Assembly: GCA_963933835.1 (NCBI GenBank)
Contig: CAWVVV010000002.1
Span: 32,001-96,000, forward strand
Source of the DNA: an uncultured Puniceicoccaceae bacterium
GTDB taxonomy: Bacteria > Verrucomicrobiota > Verrucomicrobiia > Opitutales > Oceanipulchritudinaceae
DNA: 64,000 bases
Direction: 5' to 3'
This document shows, one piece after another, positions 1-9,193 of this stretch; within the stretch, counting starts at the first letter, position 1; every line of letters starts with the position of its first letter. The notes under the pieces were generated by a model. That model had not been told where the DNA came from. It ran no database searches and was given only the letters and a program-made list of their open reading frames with translations. A program made the translations under genes and the position numbers.

Positions 1-1148
1 CGGGCCATGAAAAGCTTATCGTCAGCCAGATCTCGAGGTCCGACTTCCAGCCGAATCGGCACACCCTTCTTCACCCAACCCCACATCTTATCGCCACCGC
101 GCAAATCACGGTCATCGAGGATGACTTCGAGCGGACGACCATTCCAGATGATACCACGCAAAGCCGCTTTCAGTTCCACGCAGTAGTCGAGGATCTTAGT
201 GCGGAATTCCTCCTTGTTCAGAACGGGCAAAATCACAATTTGAGCTGGTGCGAGCTTCGGCGGGAGAACCAAACCGTCGTCGTCACTATGCGTCATAACA
301 AGGCCACCAACAAGCCGCGTCGACACGCCCCAAGACGTCGTCCAAGCATGCTCTAGCCCACCCTCTTCGGTTTGAAACTCAATCCCCGAAGCCTTCGCGA
401 AATTCTGTCCTAGGAAGTGAGAGGTTCCTGCCTGCAACGCCTTCCGATCCTGCATCATCGCCTCGATACAGTAGGTCGAAACGGCTCCAGGGAAACGTTC
501 TCCCTCCGTCTTCTCACCCGTGAGCACTGGCATCGCCATCGAGCTCTCAGCGAAGTCTGCGTAGACCTCCAACATTTTACGGGTTTCTTCGAGCGCTTCC
601 TCGCGGGTGGCGTGGGCCGTGTGTCCCTCTTGCCAGAGAAATTCCGCCGTGCGCAAAAAGAGCCGTGTGCGCATTTCCCAACGGACAACATTCGCCCATT
701 GGTTGATGAGAATCGGCAGGTCACGATAGCTCTGGACCCACTTCGCATACATCTCGCCAATGATTGTCTCCGACGTAGGCCGCACGATCAGTGGCTCCTC
801 CAGCGGCGAAGCTGGGACCAGTTTGCCAGTCTCATCCGCCTCGAGGCGCGAGTGCGTAACAACGGCACACTCCTTGGCAAAGCCGTCGACGTGTTGAGCT
901 TCTTTTTCTAGATAGCTCACCGGAATAAAGAGCGGAAAATAGGCGTTCACATGGCCCGTATCCTTGAAGCGCTGATCGAGATCGCGCTGCATGTTTTCCC
1001 AGATCGTGTAGCCCCACGGCTTGATCACCATACACCCGCGCACCGGCGAGTTTTCCGCAAGGTCAGCAGCTTTCACTACCTGCTGATACCATTCTGGGTA
1101 ATTCTCTGCCCTCGTGGGCGTAATCGCTGTGCGTTTGGGTTTAGCCAT
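1..1148 (-). CDS. proS: Prolyl-tRNA synthetase, archaeal/eukaryote-type (3' end outside window)
   Basis: Not in ORF track. Manual translation from ATG at 1148 gives [47 protein letters not shown], and later [26 protein letters not shown] and [35 protein letters not shown]; the frame runs off the window start. Confidence 0.95.
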   Translation of the reverse strand, partial: MAKPKRTAITPTRAENYPEWYQQVVKAADLAENSPVRGCMVIKPWGYTIWENMQRDLDQRFKDTGHVNAYFPLFIPVSYLEKEAQHVDGFAKECAVVTHSRLEADETGKLVPASPLEEPLIVRPTSETIIGEMYAKWVQSYRDLPILINQWANVVRWEMRTRLFLRTAEFLWQEGHTAHATREEALEETRKMLEVYADFAESSMAMPVLTGEKTEGERFPGAVSTYCIEAMMQDRKALQAGTSHFLGQNFAKASGIEFQTEEGGLEHAWTTSWGVSTRLVGGLVMTHSDDDGLVLPPKLAPAQIVILPVLNKEEFRTKILDYCVELKAALRGIIWNGRPLEVILDDRDLRGGDKMWGWVKKGVPIRLEVGPRDLADDKLFMA

Positions 1149-1251
1149 AGTGTTCTTGGGAAAATGAAACAACGCCAAGCCCACCTCCCAAGCGCAAGCA
1201 GGAATCAATCATCGACCGATTGAGGCACCTAAGAATTAGGCGTATTCCAAC

Positions 1252-2418
1252 TCAGGATAATCGATCCCGATAGTCCGAGTATCCGTATCTCCGCACGACT
1301 TTGAAATCACGGTTCGTCGGATTCCAAGTCGCTAAGTGAGGATGCTGAATACCGTTAAAGGTCGTTGTCTTGACCATCGTGTAGTGCGCCATATCGCGAA
1401 ATACAACGCGGTCACCGATCTTTAGCGGTCGATCGAAACTGTATGCCCCGATCATATCGCCGGCGAGGCAGCTCAGCCCACCCAATCGACAGTCCCACAC
1501 CCGTTCTCCGGGGAGGGACGCATCCACGATCTCTGGGCGATAAGGCATCTCAAGCACATCTGGCATGTGGCAGGTCGCGGAAATGTCGAGGATCGCGATA
1601 GGCCCCTCCGGTGACGGGACAACATCCAACACCGTAGAAGCAAGGACACCGGTATTGATTCCAATCGCTTCGCCTGGCTCCAGATACACCTGTAGGTGGG
1701 GCCACTTATGGCGGAAACGCTTGATTAAACTGACAAGATGTTCGCGGTCGTACTTCGGCGCCGTGATGTGATGACCTCCACCAAAATTCACCCATTTCAT
1801 CTCAGGCAAGAACTCGCCGAACTTAGCCTCAAAATGCTCCAAAGTCCGGGCGAGCGTGCCTGCCCCTTGCTCACACAGGGTATGAAAGTGGAGCCCCTCG
1901 ATCCCGCTCAAATTGTGCCCCTCGAGATCAGCTCTCCGAATCCCGAGGCGCGATCCCGCCGCGCACGGATTATAAAGCTCCACTTCGACTTCCGAATACT
2001 CGGGGTTCACCCGCAACCCAAGGGAAAGAGTCTGTCCTGAATTCTGGATACGCTCTCGAAATCGCTCCCACTGACCAACGGAGTTAAAAGAGACCTGATG
2101 CGCAATCGGCAGAACCGCCTCGATATCTGCCTCTGAAAAAGCAGTTGCGTAGACATGGACCTCTTTGCGGAAAAAATCGTGCCCTAGTTGAGCCTCGTGC
2201 GGCCCGCTCGCCGTGACACCCGCTAAATACTCACGAAGAAGCGGAAAGGTCGCATGCATCGCGAAGCCTTTGAGCGCCAGAAGGATCTTTGCCCCGCTTG
2301 CTTCCTGCACCTCTCGGAGAAGCTCTAAATTCGAGCGCAACCGCTCAAGATCAACCACATAGCAGGGCGATGGCAGATCGCCGGGGAGCTTGGGGTCGTA
2401 TTTAACTAAATGATCCAT
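1252..2418 (-). CDS. nspC: Carboxynorspermidine decarboxylase
   Basis: PLP-site LALKGF, YNPCAAGSRLG, GLHFHTLCEQ, CHMPDVLEMPYRP, HYTMVKTTTFNG, C-terminal DYRDRLS; neighbours the dehydrogenase. Confidence 0.95.
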   Translation of the reverse strand: MDHLVKYDPKLPGDLPSPCYVVDLERLRSNLELLREVQEASGAKILLALKGFAMHATFPLLREYLAGVTASGPHEAQLGHDFFRKEVHVYATAFSEADIEAVLPIAHQVSFNSVGQWERFRERIQNSGQTLSLGLRVNPEYSEVEVELYNPCAAGSRLGIRRADLEGHNLSGIEGLHFHTLCEQGAGTLARTLEHFEAKFGEFLPEMKWVNFGGGHHITAPKYDREHLVSLIKRFRHKWPHLQVYLEPGEAIGINTGVLASTVLDVVPSPEGPIAILDISATCHMPDVLEMPYRPEIVDASLPGERVWDCRLGGLSCLAGDMIGAYSFDRPLKIGDRVVFRDMAHYTMVKTTTFNGIQHPHLATWNPTNRDFKVVRRYGYSDYRDRLS

Positions 2419-2444
2419 TAACTATCTTCCTTCCTCCTCATAAC

Positions 2445-2492
2445 CCCAATCCCAATCTTAATCTTAATCTTAATCCCAATCCTAATCCTAAT
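2445..2492. repeat. Tandem hexamer array (CYYAAT)x8, downstream arm of four-helix-bundle cassette
   Basis: cccaat cccaat cttaat cttaat cttaat cccaat cctaat cctaat; overlaps the TAG stop at 2488-2490. Confidence 0.9.
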
Positions 2493-2925
2493 CATCAACT
2501 AAACCTGAATCCCTCTCTTGCCCTTCATCTACAGACAATCCTGCACCATAGATTTCCTGCTCCTCTTGCACTGAAGTCCCTCCGTTTTTTCTGATAAGGC
2601 CAAGGAGCAGACTTACAATAGTGCCTAATTGTTCCTTACCCTCGCCAACACGTTCAGGCGACAGGAAGCCTCTTGCGACAATAACATCCAGGCACGCCGC
2701 ACATTCAAAAGCTGAACTTGAAGCAATCTGAAAGTACTTTGAGCGATCTTTGGGATAAAACTTGGCGTTCCCCTCTGCCAAATTGAGCGGCACACTTGTA
2801 GAAGCACGATCGAGTTGGTTCTTAACAGCTATCCCAGGTGTAAGTTCATCTAGTAGTTGCGAAACCCAACCAACAAATTCAATCGAATTCCTGTATGCCA
2901 AAAGCTTTTCGTGGGAGAAGGCCAT
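2488..2925 (-). CDS. Four helix bundle protein (23S rRNA intervening-sequence protein family)
   Basis: FSHEKLLAY, NQLDRASTSVPLNLAEG, YFQIASSSAFECAACLD motifs; acidic C-terminal tail VQEEQEIYG. Confidence 0.9.
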   Translation of the reverse strand: MAFSHEKLLAYRNSIEFVGWVSQLLDELTPGIAVKNQLDRASTSVPLNLAEGNAKFYPKDRSKYFQIASSSAFECAACLDVIVARGFLSPERVGEGKEQLGTIVSLLLGLIRKNGGTSVQEEQEIYGAGLSVDEGQERDSGLVDD

Positions 2926-2936
2926 GAGACTATTTG

Positions 2937-2966
2937 ATTAGGATTAACATTATGATTAGGATTCTG
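2937..2966. repeat. Tandem hexamer array (ATTNNN)x5, upstream arm, inverted relative to 2445-2492
   Basis: attagg attaac attatg attagg attctg; ATTAGG is the reverse complement of CCTAAT. Confidence 0.8.
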
Positions 2967-2976
2967 AGGAAACCCG

Positions 2977-4182
2977 TTACCCCACGATCGGTTCTGGCTT
3001 CTTCTCCAAAACCGTTTCGATCCAAGGAAGTCCTCGCTTGTTGAGCTCGGCCATGAAGGGATCGGGATCGAATTCTTCAACATTGAAGACCCCTTCCCCT
3101 TTCCACTGGCCGTTCAGCATCATTTTCGCACCGATCATCGCGGGAACACCCGTCGTATAGGAAACGCCCTGTGAGTTTGTTTCTTCGAAGCACTGCTCAT
3201 GATCGCAAATGTTATAGATGTAATAGATTTTCTGCGCCCCATCTTTGATTCCATCTACGACACAGCCAATGCAAGTTTTGCCTTTTGTCGTCTTCCCGAG
3301 ATCACCTGGGTTCGGGAGAACAGACTTCAGAAACTGTAGTGGAATAATCTCTACACCATTGTGCATTACCGGATCGATCCGCGTCATACCGACGTTTTCT
3401 AAAACGCGTAAATGCGTCAGATACTGCTCCCCGAAGGTCATCCAAAAGCGCATGCGCTTGATCTCGGGTAGATTCTTCGAAAGCGATTCCATCTCCTCGT
3501 GATACATGAGGTAGATTTCTTTCGGACCGATCCCCTCCGGAAAATCAAAGGTGCGATGCACCTCGAGCGGCCCGGTTTCCTGCCAAGCACCCTCCTGCCA
3601 AAAGCGACCATTCGCGGTGACCTCGCGGATGTTGATCTCTGGATTAAAATTCGTCGCAAAGTGTTGGCCGTGGTCGCCCGCGTTGCAGTCGATAATGTCG
3701 AGCGTCTCGATCTGATCGAAGTGGTGCTTTTTGGCGTGGGCGGTAAAAACGTTCGTCACGCCAGGATCAAAGCCACATCCGAGCAGCGCCATGAGCCCCG
3801 CCTCCTTGAAACGATCCTGATAGGCCCACTGCCAGTGATACTCAAATTTTGCCTCGTCGCGTGGCTCGTAGTTCGCCGTATCGAGGTAGTTCACTCCTGC
3901 AGCGAGACAGGCGTCCATGATGTGTAGATCCTGATACGGCAGCGCGACATTGATCACGAGATCGGGCTGATGCTTCTTCAGCAGTGCCGTCGTCTCCTCT
4001 ACATTATCCGCATCTACCTGAGTGGTCTGAATCGGACGAGAGAGCTCTGCTGCGATGCTATCGCAACTCGATTGTCGCCGACTAGCTAAAATAATTTCGG
4101 AGAACGTTTCCGTATCCTGCGCACATTTATGCGCGACCACGCGGCCCACGCCTCCAGCTCCAATAATCAGTACTTTGCTCAT
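2977..4182 (-). CDS. Carboxynorspermidine/carboxyspermidine dehydrogenase (saccharopine dehydrogenase family)
   Basis: VLIIGAGGVG Rossmann motif, NVALPYQDL, YLDTANYEP, GFDPGVTN, FATNFNPEINIRE, SYTTGVPAMIGA; ATG at 4182 preferred over TTG 4188. Confidence 0.93.
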   Translation of the reverse strand: MSKVLIIGAGGVGRVVAHKCAQDTETFSEIILASRRQSSCDSIAAELSRPIQTTQVDADNVEETTALLKKHQPDLVINVALPYQDLHIMDACLAAGVNYLDTANYEPRDEAKFEYHWQWAYQDRFKEAGLMALLGCGFDPGVTNVFTAHAKKHHFDQIETLDIIDCNAGDHGQHFATNFNPEINIREVTANGRFWQEGAWQETGPLEVHRTFDFPEGIGPKEIYLMYHEEMESLSKNLPEIKRMRFWMTFGEQYLTHLRVLENVGMTRIDPVMHNGVEIIPLQFLKSVLPNPGDLGKTTKGKTCIGCVVDGIKDGAQKIYYIYNICDHEQCFEETNSQGVSYTTGVPAMIGAKMMLNGQWKGEGVFNVEEFDPDPFMAELNKRGLPWIETVLEKKPEPIVG

Positions 4183-4248
4183 GATCAAAAAATAGGGCCG
4201 ACATCGGAGAACGAATTGATCCGAAGAGCGAGTCTTTCCTCTTCAACC

Positions 4249-4707
4249 CTAAAGACTAAAGCCATCGGGCAAAAGCTGCTCCGCGCTCGTCACTATGACC
4301 TTCGAGAAATCTGCATCACCGCAGAGCACTTGGATGTCACGCCCCGCGCGCTTCGAGGCTTCAAAAATCCACTGACGACAGGCTCCGCATGGACGCACGA
4401 CATCAGCCTCGGGTGCAAAATTTGAACCCTCTGGCTTCGCGCAAATCGCAATCGCAGTGATCGCTGGAACGGCCTCAGCCGACTGAGCGGCACAGAGGGC
4501 AGCGCGCTCCGCACAAAGGGTCAGCCCATAGGAAGCGCTCTCGTAGTTGGCTCCAGTAAAAATCGCCCCATCCCCAGTCATGATAGCAGCTCCGACCATG
4601 AAAGATGAGTAGGGTGCATAGGCTTTAGCGCGCGCTGCGAGCGCGGCATCAAAGAGAGGTTGCCACTTTTCAAGTCCCTCGGCGTCGAGCCAAACCGGAG
4701 TATCCAT
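4249..4707 (-). CDS. cdd: Cytidine deaminase
   Basis: AYAPYSSFMVGAA, LCAERAAL, RPCGACRQ zinc motifs, C-terminal LLPDGF. Confidence 0.92.
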   Translation of the reverse strand: MDTPVWLDAEGLEKWQPLFDAALAARAKAYAPYSSFMVGAAIMTGDGAIFTGANYESASYGLTLCAERAALCAAQSAEAVPAITAIAICAKPEGSNFAPEADVVRPCGACRQWIFEASKRAGRDIQVLCGDADFSKVIVTSAEQLLPDGFSL

Positions 4708-4733
4708 CTCGTATACCCAACAGGTATCTTAAG

Positions 4734-4809
4734 TGGTGGCGAGACCCGGGTTTGAACCGGGGACACAAGGATTTTCAATCCTCTGCTCTACCAACTGAGC
4801 TATCTCGCC
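4734..4809 (-). tRNA. tRNA-Phe (GAA)
   Basis: GGCGAGA TAGCTCAGTTGGTAGAGC AGAGGA TTGAAAA TCCTT GTGTC CCCGG TTCAAAC CCGGG TCTCGCC ACCA; 76 nt cloverleaf with encoded CCA. Confidence 0.97.
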
Positions 4810-4860
4810 CTCGTTTCCCAAAGAGAAAGCAGCGGATGAAGGCAATCTGCCCGTGAGGCG

Positions 4861-5889
4861 TCAATCGCCTTTTTTCACTTTACCACTGCCAATTGTAACC
4901 TCTCCGGCAAAAAAGGATTCCAGACCACCATCCGGCATCCGCAAGCAGAGCTGGCCTTCTCGATCGATCCCCTCGACGACGCCGGTCCTAGCTTCTTTGG
5001 GTGAATGAACTTCGACCGTGCGCCCACACAATGCGTCAAATTCTGGCCAGTGCTGAACCAGCTCCTCCAGCGCGGTCCCAGACATGAAAGTATTATAAGC
5101 CCGACAGACAGCGGCAAAGAGGCGGACCAGAAAACGATGACGCCACTCAATGAGCCCTTCGGCTCCGGCGCGACGTAGGCTCGTCGCAACCGCCCGAACC
5201 TCAGGCGGCCATTCCTCAGGATCACTCAAGACATTCAAACCAATGCCAAAGACAAGATCCCGAATCTGATCCGCATCAACGCGCGCCTCGGTCAACATAC
5301 CGGCGAGCTTGCGTTCATCGAGAATGAGATCGTTGGGCCATTTCACCTTCACATCCAACCCCAGCTCAGCCTTTAAAAACTGCGCAATTGCTAGGCCAAA
5401 CCACAGCGTGATCGATGGCATATCGCGGGGCGGGCGGCGGGGATGGAAGGCAAAGCTCGCATAAAGATCACCCCCGCTAGGACTGTGCCAGCGCCGTCCG
5501 AGTCGCCCTCGCCCAGCCGTCTGGCTTCCTGCTACGACAACAAAGGGCGTCGGACTACCCTCCGACAGCAGGCGCTCAGCAGCACTGTTTGTGCTATCAA
5601 TCTCTTCGAAATAATACACCTTGGGCGCACCCAAGACGAGCGGTTGATAAGCATCATAGAGCAGTGCGGAAGACACCAAGGGTTCTCTCAACAGCCTATA
5701 ACCCGAATGACGACGCGCTTCGATTTCGAAGCCCAAACCGCGCAGTTTTTCCACGATCTGGTGGATCGCAGGACGAGACACTTTAAGGCGATCTTCAAGC
5801 ACCCGCCCTGCAACGAAATCCCCCGTCGCGTCCAAGAGTAAAGTCAGCAAATGCTCATGCGTCGGCGGGCGCTCCGAGTCTTCAGTCAT
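4861..5889 (-). CDS. birA: Bifunctional biotin--[acetyl-CoA-carboxylase] ligase / repressor
   Basis: N-terminal HTH, DSTN, QTAGRGRLGRRW, VKWPNDL, KLAGML. Confidence 0.93.
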   Translation of the reverse strand: MTEDSERPPTHEHLLTLLLDATGDFVAGRVLEDRLKVSRPAIHQIVEKLRGLGFEIEARRHSGYRLLREPLVSSALLYDAYQPLVLGAPKVYYFEEIDSTNSAAERLLSEGSPTPFVVVAGSQTAGRGRLGRRWHSPSGGDLYASFAFHPRRPPRDMPSITLWFGLAIAQFLKAELGLDVKVKWPNDLILDERKLAGMLTEARVDADQIRDLVFGIGLNVLSDPEEWPPEVRAVATSLRRAGAEGLIEWRHRFLVRLFAAVCRAYNTFMSGTALEELVQHWPEFDALCGRTVEVHSPKEARTGVVEGIDREGQLCLRMPDGGLESFFAGEVTIGSGKVKKGD

Positions 5890-6817
5890 TCGCCGAACGC
5901 TCCCAATCCAAACCGATATCCACCCATGCTGCCTGATGCACTGTCGCCCCGGTTGAGATAAAATCTAGCCCAAGAGATGCGAGCCGCGGGAGCCGCTCAA
6001 TCGTAATGCCCCCGCTCGCCTCCGTTGCTGCTTTCCCATCGATCAATGCGATTGCCTCGACGAGGGATTCATCATCAAAATTATCGAGCATGATGACATC
6101 CGCTCCAGCAGCCAAAACAGGCGGGATTTGCTCAAGCGCATCGACTTCGACTTCAATCCCTAGCTTTGGATACGTGCCCTTCGCCTTCTTAACGAGGTCG
6201 GCAAGAGCTTCCCCGCTAAACCCGCCGACGGCCAAGTGATTGTCCTTAAGCATCACCCGGTCGTAGAGACCAAGGCGATGGTTCCAACCGCCACCTGTCG
6301 CAACCGCATATTTTTCCAAAGCGCGCCAGCCAGGGGTTGTCTTACGCGTATCAAGTAACCGCGTCGGCACAGGACCGAGGGCCTCGACATAGCGATGCGT
6401 CTCCGTCGCCACTCCTGAGAGACGTTGAAGGAAATTCAAGACGACGCGCTCCGCTGACAGCATCGCACTCACCGTGCCTTCAAGCACTCCGAGAACCTCA
6501 CCCTGCCTCAGGCGAGCACCATCCTTGACCGAATTCCGGGCGGTAAAGTTGTCGCCATAAATCGCCGAAATGAGCGGGATCAAAGGCATGCCGCAGACCG
6601 ACATTTCTTGGCGCGCGATCAACCTAGCCCGGCCTTTGGCCTTTGGATCAAGCAGCTCCGAACTCACATCAAAAGTTGTGATAGGATCAGCCTTAAACCC
6701 AGCTCCGCTCATATCTTCAGCGCGTGCTCTTTTGATCAATTCTTTCACCCAATTAGAATCGATGTCGTCCCACTCGACCCTGCTGGAATACTGCTCTAAG
6801 CGTTGCGTGGAATTCAT
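5882..6817 (-). CDS. nadC: Nicotinate-nucleotide pyrophosphorylase (carboxylating)
   Basis: ERVVLNFLQRLSGVAT, LLDTRKTTPG, HRLGLYDRVMLKDNH, IMLDNF, EASGGI. Confidence 0.96.
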   Translation of the reverse strand: MNSTQRLEQYSSRVEWDDIDSNWVKELIKRARAEDMSGAGFKADPITTFDVSSELLDPKAKGRARLIARQEMSVCGMPLIPLISAIYGDNFTARNSVKDGARLRQGEVLGVLEGTVSAMLSAERVVLNFLQRLSGVATETHRYVEALGPVPTRLLDTRKTTPGWRALEKYAVATGGGWNHRLGLYDRVMLKDNHLAVGGFSGEALADLVKKAKGTYPKLGIEVEVDALEQIPPVLAAGADVIMLDNFDDESLVEAIALIDGKAATEASGGITIERLPRLASLGLDFISTGATVHQAAWVDIGLDWERSAND

Positions 6818-6841
6818 TTCTGTATCCGTAAATTCATCACA

Positions 6842-7852
6842 CTAGCTTCGATCAAAGCGAGGAAAAGTCAGACTCATGGCATGAAGAGAGCCTCCAAGCC
6901 CCATTGCAACCGGGGCCTTGATGAAACGTAAATCTTTGTCAGGAAAGGCTAATTGAAATGCATGTGTGAGCTGCGCACGGTCGCCACCTTCGTATTCAGG
7001 AACCACTACGCTTTTGTTACACTGGAGGTAGCCTAAGTGACTGATTCCTTGAGCCTCCACTGCACGCCGAGGGCCTACCCTTGGGGCAGGGATAGGAAAC
7101 AATTCTAACGGACGGCCCGTCGCATCCAGCTGACCTTTTAGACTCTGCATCACCGCCTTAAGGACTCCGCGATATTCGCTTGAGCCCTCAGAGCTCTCCA
7201 TCACCGCCACTTTACCCGGAGCAATGAATCGCGCCACTCGATGCACCTGCCCATTCGTAGGGTCGTCCGGCAGTCCCCGATCGATCCAGATCAGTCGCTC
7301 AATACCGAGGTCTTCGCGTAAAATCTCACGCAGCCGGTTCACATCAAAATTCATATTCCAGCCCGGTCTGAGCCAGTTTTCACGCGTAACAAGGGCGGTT
7401 CCTTCACCATCGGTCTCGATCGCACCGCGCTCGAAGGCGATGGACGTCGGAGCCGTGCGCAGGCCGTCCCGGCGATAGATCTTCTCGAGATCTTTGAATA
7501 GACGTTCCCGCAAATCCGGACCCGCAATGACCGAGCCGCGACGCCCGGACTTCCAATACAAAAGAGGCTCACGTCCGTTGAAAAATCGATGGGCTTTCGC
7601 CCCATAGATATCAACCGTGCTGCACGCACTGAGGGCGACACGCGCAGAACGCTCTCCTTCGGCCGTGGCGGTAAAGATACGAATGCGCAAAAAACTCTTC
7701 TGTTCATCCGTGAGCTCATCAAGGCAACTGGCCAACGCAACGGTGCCCTCTCGGGCGCGGTCCAGGGCAGGGCCTTCGAAGAACTCAGGCCACTTTAGCC
7801 ATACTTCGCGGACATCGTCCCACGAGGCGATTAAGTGACCCTCTTCGCTCAT
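6842..7852 (-). CDS. Agmatine deiminase-family protein, catalytic residues substituted
   Basis: Family pattern WLKWP, ERGAIETDGEGTALVT, IWIDRGLPDDPTNGQ, LAFPDK, GGSLHAMS; see findings. Confidence 0.8.
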   Translation of the reverse strand: MSEEGHLIASWDDVREVWLKWPEFFEGPALDRAREGTVALASCLDELTDEQKSFLRIRIFTATAEGERSARVALSACSTVDIYGAKAHRFFNGREPLLYWKSGRRGSVIAGPDLRERLFKDLEKIYRRDGLRTAPTSIAFERGAIETDGEGTALVTRENWLRPGWNMNFDVNRLREILREDLGIERLIWIDRGLPDDPTNGQVHRVARFIAPGKVAVMESSEGSSEYRGVLKAVMQSLKGQLDATGRPLELFPIPAPRVGPRRAVEAQGISHLGYLQCNKSVVVPEYEGGDRAQLTHAFQLAFPDKDLRFIKAPVAMGLGGSLHAMSLTFPRFDRS

Positions 7853-9141
7853 CGAATTTCGCCGTGGCCTTCGATGATGTATTTATAACTCGTCAATTCC
7901 TCTAATCCGACCGGGCCGCGCGCATGCATACGATCCGTTGAGATACCAATCTCGGCTCCTAGGCCAAACTCAAATCCATCAGTAAAGCGTGTAGAGACAT
8001 TCCAATACACCGTCGCTGAGTCGATCGTATCTTGGAAACGCTTCGCGGCCGCGGCATCAGCCGTCACGATCGCATCACTGTGCCCTGAACCATTGGTGTT
8101 GATAAAGTCGATCGCGGCGTCAATTGACTCCGCGGTGCGGATAGAAAGGATGGGCTCGAGATACTCGGTGCGGAAGTCTTCGTCGGTCGCGGCGGAAACG
8201 GCAATTCCATGCGCTTCGAGGCAGCTTTTTGCTTCAGCATCCGCCCTTAGCTCAACACCGGCTTCGACGAGACGCTTCGCCATGGCTGGCAAATGCGACG
8301 CGAGGACATCTCGGTGCACGACAAGGTTTTCAGCCGCGTTACACACACCTGGCCGCTGCACCTTTGCGTTAAAAATGATCGAGCTGGCCATTTCGAGGTC
8401 TGCCTTTGTATCGACATACACACTACAAATTCCGTCGTAGTGTTTCAGCACAGGCATTTTTGCGTTCTCTCCGACAAAGCGAACAAGCCCTTCGCCGCCC
8501 CTTGGAATCAGGCAGTGGACATATTCATCGAGGTCGAGCAAGGCGCGCGTAGCCGCTCGGTCCGTTGTCGGGATGAGCTGAACAGCGCCCTCGGGCAAAT
8601 CGTGATCAACCAACGCCTGCGCAATCAATGCAGCCAGAGCACGATTACTATGAATCGCTTCTTTCCCCCCGCGCAGAATTGTTGCGTTGCCGCTCTTCAG
8701 GCAGAGCGCAGCGCAATCAATTGTCACGTTTGGACGGGACTCGTAGATAATCCCAATCACGCCGATCGGCACACGACGCTTATGGATTTTAAAGCCTTTT
8801 GGGTGATCGTACGTATTGAGCAAGGCCCCCACTGGGTCAGGCAGGTTCGCGATTTGGCGAATGCCTTCGACCATGCCCTCGATGCGTTTCGGCGTCAGCG
8901 CAAGGCGATCGAGCATGGCTGAGCTCAAATCGTTTTCACGGCCCGCTTTGAGATCCTTCTCATTGGCGGTTTGCAGTGAAGCTTGCTCCGAAAGAATCAA
9001 CTCAGCGAGCGTCAGGAGTGCGGCGTTCTTCGTTTCAGTCGGGATAGCGGCAAGCTTTCGTGAAGCACGCAACGCTTCCACGCCCATCGCTAGGACACTG
9101 TCCTTGATCTCACTTTCGGTCTGGTTAACTGCAGTCTCCAT
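7849..9141 (-). CDS. proA: Gamma-glutamyl phosphate reductase
   Basis: RVPIGVIGIIYESRPNVT, LIPRGG, RPGVCNAAE, STRFTDGFEFGLGAEIGIST, HARGPVGL; likely ATG at 9141. Confidence 0.96.
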   Translation of the reverse strand: METAVNQTESEIKDSVLAMGVEALRASRKLAAIPTETKNAALLTLAELILSEQASLQTANEKDLKAGRENDLSSAMLDRLALTPKRIEGMVEGIRQIANLPDPVGALLNTYDHPKGFKIHKRRVPIGVIGIIYESRPNVTIDCAALCLKSGNATILRGGKEAIHSNRALAALIAQALVDHDLPEGAVQLIPTTDRAATRALLDLDEYVHCLIPRGGEGLVRFVGENAKMPVLKHYDGICSVYVDTKADLEMASSIIFNAKVQRPGVCNAAENLVVHRDVLASHLPAMAKRLVEAGVELRADAEAKSCLEAHGIAVSAATDEDFRTEYLEPILSIRTAESIDAAIDFINTNGSGHSDAIVTADAAAAKRFQDTIDSATVYWNVSTRFTDGFEFGLGAEIGISTDRMHARGPVGLEELTSYKYIIEGHGEIR

Positions 9142-9193
9142 GAACCGTCCAAACTGCTCATTCGGACGGGAGCAATCAAGCGCGAATAAGAAC

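Noticed and set aside
417..911. Plus-strand ORFs over proS, and other long antisense ORFs (8816-9646, 12294-13253, 24579-25376)
   Set aside because: Shadow frames of well-supported genes on the opposite strand, with no motifs.
2488..2925. Diversity-generating retroelement (Avd-like gene)
   Set aside because: No reverse transcriptase or TR/VR pair in the window.
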